Shown here one piece after another: positions 57,830 through 64,000 of a stretch of DNA of 64,000 nucleotides (position 1 is its first letter; the number at the start of each line of letters is the position of its first letter). A model generated the notes under the pieces. That model had not been told where the DNA came from and searched no databases. It saw nothing but the letters and a program-made list of their open reading frames with translations. The DNA is taken from positions 1,888,001 to 1,952,000 of the forward strand of contig CAVRBU010000002.1 of assembly GCA_963719315.1 (NCBI GenBank), in the 5' to 3' direction. Both the position numbers and the translations under genes were made by a program. Source of the DNA: an uncultured Planctomycetota bacterium (GTDB lineage Bacteria; Planctomycetota; Planctomycetia; Pirellulales; Lacipirellulaceae).

Positions 57830-59601
57830 CTACTGTCCCGAACTGGGCGCCGGCCGCGACGACGGTAGTGGAGCTGGCGACTCGTGCGAAGCCCTTCGTA
57901 CTGCCGAGGGAGCCGGAGGAGCGCTCGAATACATCCGGCCTTGCTTATAGAGTGCCAGCCGCTGCTCCAGCGGCGTGGAATTGTCGCGCGGCGCCGCGCT
58001 GATGGCTTTCTCTTCGAGTTGCACCGCCTGCTTGAACTGCCCGGCGCATGCATGGGCAGCCGCCAGCGTATCGAGGATCAAATAATCATCGGGCGACGAA
58101 AGCAGGGCAGCCTGCTCGGCTTCGGCCAAGGCCTGCTTCGCATTGCGAACACGTTGGTCGGCACATGTCGCTTGCAGCCAGGCCAGACTGCGATGGGCAT
58201 CGGCCCAATTCGCATCGATCGCGATCGCGCGGTGGAAATCCTCTTGGGCCTGCTCGAACTTGCCTTGCTCAGCAGCCAAATTCCCCCGCTGCGTGAAGGC
58301 GCCTGGGTCGTGAGGCGCCAGTTTCAAGGCACGCGTAAGATCGGTCGCTGCGTGAGGAAAATCGCCAAGACGTTGGTAGGCATACGCACGGGCGCAGAGC
58401 AGAGTCGCATCGTTTGGCAGCGTTTCAAGCGCTTGACTATAATCGGCCACAGCTTCTTCCATGCGCCCGAGCGCGGCCAGCAGCTCTGCTCGATTGCGAT
58501 ACGCGACTGCCAAACCCGGATTCAATTCGATCACTCGATTGAAGTCGCGGAGCGCGGCCCCGAATTGGTTTCGCTGCGCCAGAGTGACCGCTCGGTTATG
58601 AATTGCCAGCGAGCAGACCGGATCCATCGAGATCGCGACCTGGAAGTCGTGGATGGCGTCGTCCGGACGCTGCCCGTCCGCCATCAACTCGCCGCGGCGG
58701 TTGTACGCCCACGCCGAGAGCTTACGCAGCGATGACAGCAATTCCGCGGATGGTTTGCCGTGGATGCCGCGGTCGCACAAGTCGATGACGGCCGACAACT
58801 CTTCGGTCGACTCGGCGCGGGTGGCGGCCTGCTGAGCCTGCCGAAGCCAATCTTCAGGTGTGTCCATGCAATCCGAAACGATGGTGGGGGACACGACTTC
58901 CTCGTCGGCGGTAACGGCAACTGGATTAATTGCGAATGCCGAATAAATGCGGCTAGGTTCTTTGGGAGCCGGTTCGAGAATCATCGCTGGCACCGGTTTT
59001 TCACCGATCGACAGTGCATTCGGTGGCGCTTGCAAATTAGCGGGGCTCGGCGCAGGTCCAACGTTCAATTCGTCTGCAGGAGCGATCGAAGCTGGCTGCG
59101 TTAGCGGCGCTGGCGTGAAGCGAATGATTGGGTCCGGTCCCGTGAGACGGTCGTAAAACGCCGGATCGGTCGGGGCAGCTTGGATTGCGGCGCGGTGGCG
59201 TAATTTCTCGGCCGGCGGCAATTGATCCCAGGAAGGGTGCGCCGGTTTGGCCGGAGGCGAAAGTACTGCCGACCTGATGGGCGAAGGCTCCTCGTGAGGA
59301 AGCACGGGCCGTTGCCAGCGGCTGACCGGCCCCGGGCGGAGCGATGTATCCACCGGCGGCGCCTTTGACATATTGGCAAATGGGTTCTGATAGGCAATCG
59401 ACCCCCTGGCGCGGCCTGCGGCTCCTCGACGACCGTTCGCGGTTTTGGCTGCGATGCAAAAAACGGATTGTTGATGACATTCGTCGGCGCAGTTATCTCA
59501 ATCTCACCTTCCGCACTAGCGCGCTCGGCAGCTAACGAAACACCTGCGGCCAGAACCAGGAGTGCGACGTGCAACATTATTCCTGATAGCTTGTGTGCCA
59601 T
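57830..59601 (-). CDS. Secreted TPR-repeat protein, paralogue of its neighbour (frameshift near 59404)
   Basis: Signal peptide MAHKLSGIMLHVALLVLAAG in the upstream frame, joined through a G5 run; TPRs; LAWLQATCAD..DTLAAAHA. Confidence 0.82.
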
Positions 59602-59651
59602 CCTATCGACTCCATTCAAGTTGGTTGCCACAAACCATGGACATTTGACAC

Positions 59652-61067
59652 CTATTCGCGAGGTTCTGTCATCTTCCAGGGATCGAGGGCGTCGTCGAGC
59701 TCTGCATCGGGCAGCACCTTCCGCTCGCGGCACAGATCGCGAATCGTCTTGCCGCTATCGAACGCCTCCTTGGCGAACGCTGCCGCTTGTTCGTAACCAA
59801 TCTTCGGGGCCAGCGCTGTGACCATCATCAGCGATTGCTCAATTAGCTGGCGGCATCGCTCTTCGTTGACGACCAGCCCAGTGAGCAACTTGTCCACCAA
59901 CACGTCTGTGACGTTTGCCAGTAACTTCACCGATTCCAGGAAAGCGTCGATCATCACCGGCATCGCCACGTTGAGTTCGAACAGTGAGCCGATGCCGCCC
60001 AGGCCGGCCGTCGTGACGACCACATCGTTGCCCAACACGCGGCAAACGACTTGAACGACCGATTCCGCGATAACTGGATTCACTTTTCCAGGCATGATCG
60101 ACGAGCCGGGCTGGGTGGCCGGCAGCGACAACTCGAAAAATCCGCACCGCGGACCGGAGCCGAGCAAGCGGATGTCGCTCGCGATTTTCGAGAGCGAAAC
60201 AGCGATCGTTTTCAACTCACCGTGGGCCTCGACGAATGAGTCCTTGGCCGCCTGGGCCTCCGGATGATTGGCGGCCTCACTGAAAGTGCCGCCAAGCTCG
60301 TTCGAGAGCGCAACGCACACCTTTTCCGCGAACTTGGGATGCGTATTGATGCCAGTTCCGACGGCCGTGCCGCCGATCGGCAAGTTTTCTTCGAGCCGCT
60401 TGAGGGCCCGGCTAGCCCGCACGGTTGCGTAATGGGCTTGAGCCGCGTAGCCGGAAAACACTTGGCCGACGCGGATCGGCGTGGCATCCATCAAATGCGT
60501 GCGGCCGATTTTGACGATCTTATCCCATTCCTTCGCCTTGCCGGCGAGGTCCTTGTGCAATCGTTCGAGTGCGGGTATCAAATTGTGGGCGATCGAAATA
60601 CTGGCAGCAATGTGCATCGCCGCGGGAAACGTGTCGTTCGACGACTGGCCCATATTGACGTGATCGTTCGGATGAACGGCGCCTTCTTTTCCCTTAGCGC
60701 CGAGGCCGAAGCCGAGCCGATGATTGGCCAAATTCGCGATCACTTCGTTGGCGTTCGTATTGGTCGAAGTGCCCGAGCCGGTTTGGTAGATATCAACTGG
60801 AAAATGAGAGTCGTGTTTGCCAGCCGCGACTTCTTCGCAGGCGGAGATGATCGACTTGGCCAGCTTCTCATCGAGCTTGCCCAGTTCCAAGTTGGCGCGG
60901 GCACAGGCTGCCTTCAGATAGCCAAACGAGTGAATCATCGCAGCCGGCACGGGCTCGAGCGAAACCGGGAAATTCTCGATCGCCCGGGCGGTCGAAGCTC
61001 CGTACAGCGCATCGGCAGGCACCTGCATCTCGCCCATCGTGTCGCGTTCAGTTCGAAATCTGCTCAT
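59652..61067 (-). CDS. fumC: Fumarate hydratase class II
   Basis: RTERDTMGE, QTGSGT, HPNDHVN, GRTHLMDATP, GSSIMPGKVNP. Confidence 0.95.
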   Translation of the reverse strand: MSRFRTERDTMGEMQVPADALYGASTARAIENFPVSLEPVPAAMIHSFGYLKAACARANLELGKLDEKLAKSIISACEEVAAGKHDSHFPVDIYQTGSGTSTNTNANEVIANLANHRLGFGLGAKGKEGAVHPNDHVNMGQSSNDTFPAAMHIAASISIAHNLIPALERLHKDLAGKAKEWDKIVKIGRTHLMDATPIRVGQVFSGYAAQAHYATVRASRALKRLEENLPIGGTAVGTGINTHPKFAEKVCVALSNELGGTFSEAANHPEAQAAKDSFVEAHGELKTIAVSLSKIASDIRLLGSGPRCGFFELSLPATQPGSSIMPGKVNPVIAESVVQVVCRVLGNDVVVTTAGLGGIGSLFELNVAMPVMIDAFLESVKLLANVTDVLVDKLLTGLVVNEERCRQLIEQSLMMVTALAPKIGYEQAAAFAKEAFDSGKTIRDLCRERKVLPDAELDDALDPWKMTEPRE

Positions 61068-61491
61068 TGTGGTAAATCTTATTTCAACAAAAAACGAACA
61101 GTCTGGCCGCGCACGCGAATCGGCATTTGCGTTCCTGGAACTCGCTAGCTTCGAAAAATACTGTCGGATGATACTGATGCATGCTCGGCAGCGGAATGGG
61201 AAATCGAGCCGGTGCGTCGTGCAATCCAGACTCAAAACGCTGTCAACGATAGCGTTTTCGCGGGCGTTCGTTAAGATGGTGAAGGTAGTCGCCACGCACA
61301 AAGGCCGGTTTCGCACTCGCTAATATGAAAACTTCCGAGTTCTTGCATTTCGCGTTTCGGGCACGGAACCCGCTCGCCCAGGTGCGGGCCGGTTTCGCCG
61401 AATTGACCAAGAACATTGACCCGGCAGAGGATGTTCCGCTGTTGCTGTTCGAAACGCACATACAATGGTAACAGCAACGGCAGCAGAAAAT

Positions 61492-62274
61492 ATGCCGACA
61501 ATTCTCGACAAAATCGTGGCCACCAAACGCGCGGAGATTGAGCGTGCGAAGGCGGCGTTGCCCGAATCGGAACTCCAGGCACAGATTGCCGATGCGCCCG
61601 AGCTCCGCGATTTTTTCACGCCCCTCGCAACCGGCGGCCCAATTCGACTAATCGCGGAAGTAAAGAAGGCCAGCCCCTCGGCCGGTGTGATTCGGGCAGA
61701 CTTCGACGCGGTAGCCATCGCCAATACCTACGAAGCGCACGGCGCATCCTGCATCAGTGTGTTGACGGATGAATTGTATTTCCAAGGCAGCATCGAATAC
61801 CTGCGGCAGATTCGTGCAGCCGTTAGGCTCCCAGTGCTGCGAAAGGACTTTATTCTCGATACGTATCAGGTGCTCGAAGCCCGCGCGGCGGGTGCCGACG
61901 CCGTGCTGCTTATCGCGGAATGTTTGGACGAATGCAATCTGCGGAAGCTGTTCAACGCGATCTGCGAATTGGGCATGTCGCCGCTGGTCGAACTTTATGA
62001 ACCAGAGAATCTGCAGCGGGTTTTTGACGCTGGCGCTACGTTGATTGGTATCAATAACCGTAACCTGCACACGTTCGAGGTGGACCTGGAACATACAATC
62101 CGGATGAGGAAGCTGGTGCCCGACGAGTGCGTGCTTGTCGGCGAAAGCGGCATCAGAACACGCGACGATGTCGAACGACTGGAGTCAGCCGGTGTAGACG
62201 CGATATTGGTCGGCGAATCGTTGATGCGCGAGCCCGACATCGGCGCTGCCGTCGATCGGCTACTCGGACACTAG
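61492..62274 (+). CDS. trpC: Indole-3-glycerol phosphate synthase
   Basis: IAEVKKASPS, ISVLTD, LRKDFI, GINNRNL, ESGI, LVGESLM. Confidence 0.96.
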   Translation: MPTILDKIVATKRAEIERAKAALPESELQAQIADAPELRDFFTPLATGGPIRLIAEVKKASPSAGVIRADFDAVAIANTYEAHGASCISVLTDELYFQGSIEYLRQIRAAVRLPVLRKDFILDTYQVLEARAAGADAVLLIAECLDECNLRKLFNAICELGMSPLVELYEPENLQRVFDAGATLIGINNRNLHTFEVDLEHTIRMRKLVPDECVLVGESGIRTRDDVERLESAGVDAILVGESLMREPDIGAAVDRLLGH

Positions 62275-62292
62275 CGCAACTGTCGATTTACA

Positions 62293-62613
62293 ATGAGCGA
62301 GTTCATCCAAATCACGACGACGACGGGAAACCGCCAGGATGCCGAGCAGATTGCGGCGGAATTGGTGTCCCGTCGCCTTGCGGGTTGCGTGCAGGTGAGC
62401 GGACCGATCATGAGCACGTTCCGCTGGCAGGGCAAAGTTGAAACGGCCGAAGAGTGGATGTGCGTCATTAAAACGAGTCGGGTGCAGTTGGGTGCAATTA
62501 GCCAGGCGTTTCGAGAATTTCATCCGTATGAAGTACCGGAGTTGATCGCTACGTTGATCGTGGACGGCAACGAGGCATATTTGAAATGGCTGGGTGAACA
62601 ACTGGGCAGCTAA
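62293..62613 (+). CDS. cutA: Divalent-cation tolerance protein CutA
   Basis: LVSRRLAGCV, STFRWQGKVE, HPYEVPELI. Confidence 0.93.
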   Translation: MSEFIQITTTTGNRQDAEQIAAELVSRRLAGCVQVSGPIMSTFRWQGKVETAEEWMCVIKTSRVQLGAISQAFREFHPYEVPELIATLIVDGNEAYLKWLGEQLGS

Positions 62614-62800
62614 GCCGCAAATGGAGCCAGCGATAGCGATGCTGGCGTGGTGGCAATCACCACTACCTTCTCGCAGATTTCATCTGGCACCCAAGCGGGC
62701 CGTTTCATAAGCTACGACACTTTGTGCAAGCGGCTTCCTCAGCGCCGGCACAAAAAAGCGGCTCTGGTCGCGACTCATCAAATTCTCGTCTCCTCGATCA

Positions 62801-64000
62801 ATGCGGCACGACACATCATCATTTGCCCATGGTCCGCGCGCAAAACGCCACCACTCGTTCATGCGAAAAGTGTGGTGCGACACGGAATTGCCGCCCGACT
62901 TGATCGAAAAACTCTGGGGGGGCGATGTCGATCGTGTCCTGTTTGCTTCCACTCCGCTACAGGTGAAAGATCGCTGCATCGTGGGACGCTTTGAAATCGA
63001 CTCGCGATCTCTGTTAATCAAGCGACACACCTGGGGCGGAGTGTCGCGCACGCTCCGTATGGCCTTCCGAGAGCCGGCAGCGAATAGCTGTGCAAGACTG
63101 GGAGTGTATTTGCATAATCTAGGCATTCCCACGCCGCGCCCGGCGCAACGGTAGATTCCCGCGTTGGCCCGTGGATCTATCGCTCGTATCTCGTTAGCGA
63201 CTACGTCGAAGGCACTTCGCTTTACAGGTATATTCGCCGCGGGTCGCAGTCAGAAGATGAATTGCGGCATATCGCGGAACAAGCGGCGCGAATCTGGCGG
63301 AGTTTGGTCGAGTTGGGAGTGAGTCACAATGATTTCAAGCCGGAAAACTTCATCGTTGACAAACAACTGAAGGTGTGGCTGATCGATCTGGAAAAGGCGC
63401 GCGTCTGTGGCAAGGCCGACCGGCAGCGCCAACGGCAGATTCTCGACGTCCAAAACTTCCTGCACATTCGCGGCTGGCACCGGCGAGCCGAAGCTCGGGC
63501 CATTTTCGCGGCGGCTTTTTTGCAGACGCCTTACCGAAATTGGCTTTCGGCAGCCGGCGTGGACCGAGTGGCTGCGGGGTTCGGCCTCAATGATAGCGAA
63601 TGCGACCCGGAACTATCGGTGCTCATAGCTTGCGATGGCGGTATGAAGATGCCGCTAGTGATGCCGGCAATCGATTCGGTGCAAGACATCGCCGATGAAG
63701 TCGTGCTCGTGGAACCAACCGACGGGGGTCGGCTGGATGTGTTGAAGCGGATTGACGTGTGCGCCCGAGCTAAGCAGGCGCCCATTCTTAAGAAATCAAC
63801 CGCGGTGTCGGCTGCACTACCGCTGGTCCGTTTCAATTGGGTATTAACACTCCGACAAAACGAATGCGTCACGCCATTTCTGGCCAAGGAACTGCAACAG
63901 CGAATCGCCGATGGAAAGGGCGACTCAACCCTTCGGATTCCGATTGAACAGCAATACTTTGGCCGGTCCATTGCACGGCCTGGGGGCGATCCGCCAATTC
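62801..64000 (+). CDS. Kdo/WaaP/InaA-like LPS kinase fused to a GT2-like domain (frameshift near 63142; runs off window end)
   Basis: LLIKRH, GIPTPRP; next frame HNDFKPENF, WLIDLE; then LSVLIAC..IDSVQDIADEVVLV..WVLTLRQNE. Confidence 0.75.

Overview
GC-rich bacterial chromosome segment, most likely a planctomycete (Pirellulales/Lacipirellulaceae-like). This is inferred from a dockerin+PEP-CTERM protein, a LE.R.VL planctomycete extracellular motif, an ECF sigma-Ser/Thr kinase pair, an FlgI-like/HEAT protein and DUF1844. Most of the window is housekeeping: dnaJ-type, rnpA, yidD, smc, ffh, lhgO, carA, asnS, rpsP-trmD-rplS, pyrG, fabF-like, fusA, fumC, trpC, cutA. There are two accessory regions. 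The first (about 16.3-21.2 kb) has an IS200/RAYT-type transposase in a nested REP cluster, cassette-like ORFs with an attC-like site, and a RAYT remnant. The second (about 44.7-55.0 kb) has a surface protein, an ECF sigma, a kinase and a complete IS21 element, and is bracketed by a 29-bp direct repeat from fkbM. The best candidate for an undescribed system is a tight four-gene operon at 23.8-27.3 kb: coiled-coil protein, membrane-anchored non-catalytic FGE/SUMF1-fold protein, Zn-ribbon TRAFAC GTPase, small helical protein. Period-7 inverted tandem-repeat hairpins occur between genes and also as in-frame insertions in smc, carA and fkbM. About ten single-base frameshifts in otherwise intact genes look like long-read sequencing errors. 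No rRNA, tRNA or CRISPR array was recognised. All family calls are from motif recognition only; no searches were run.
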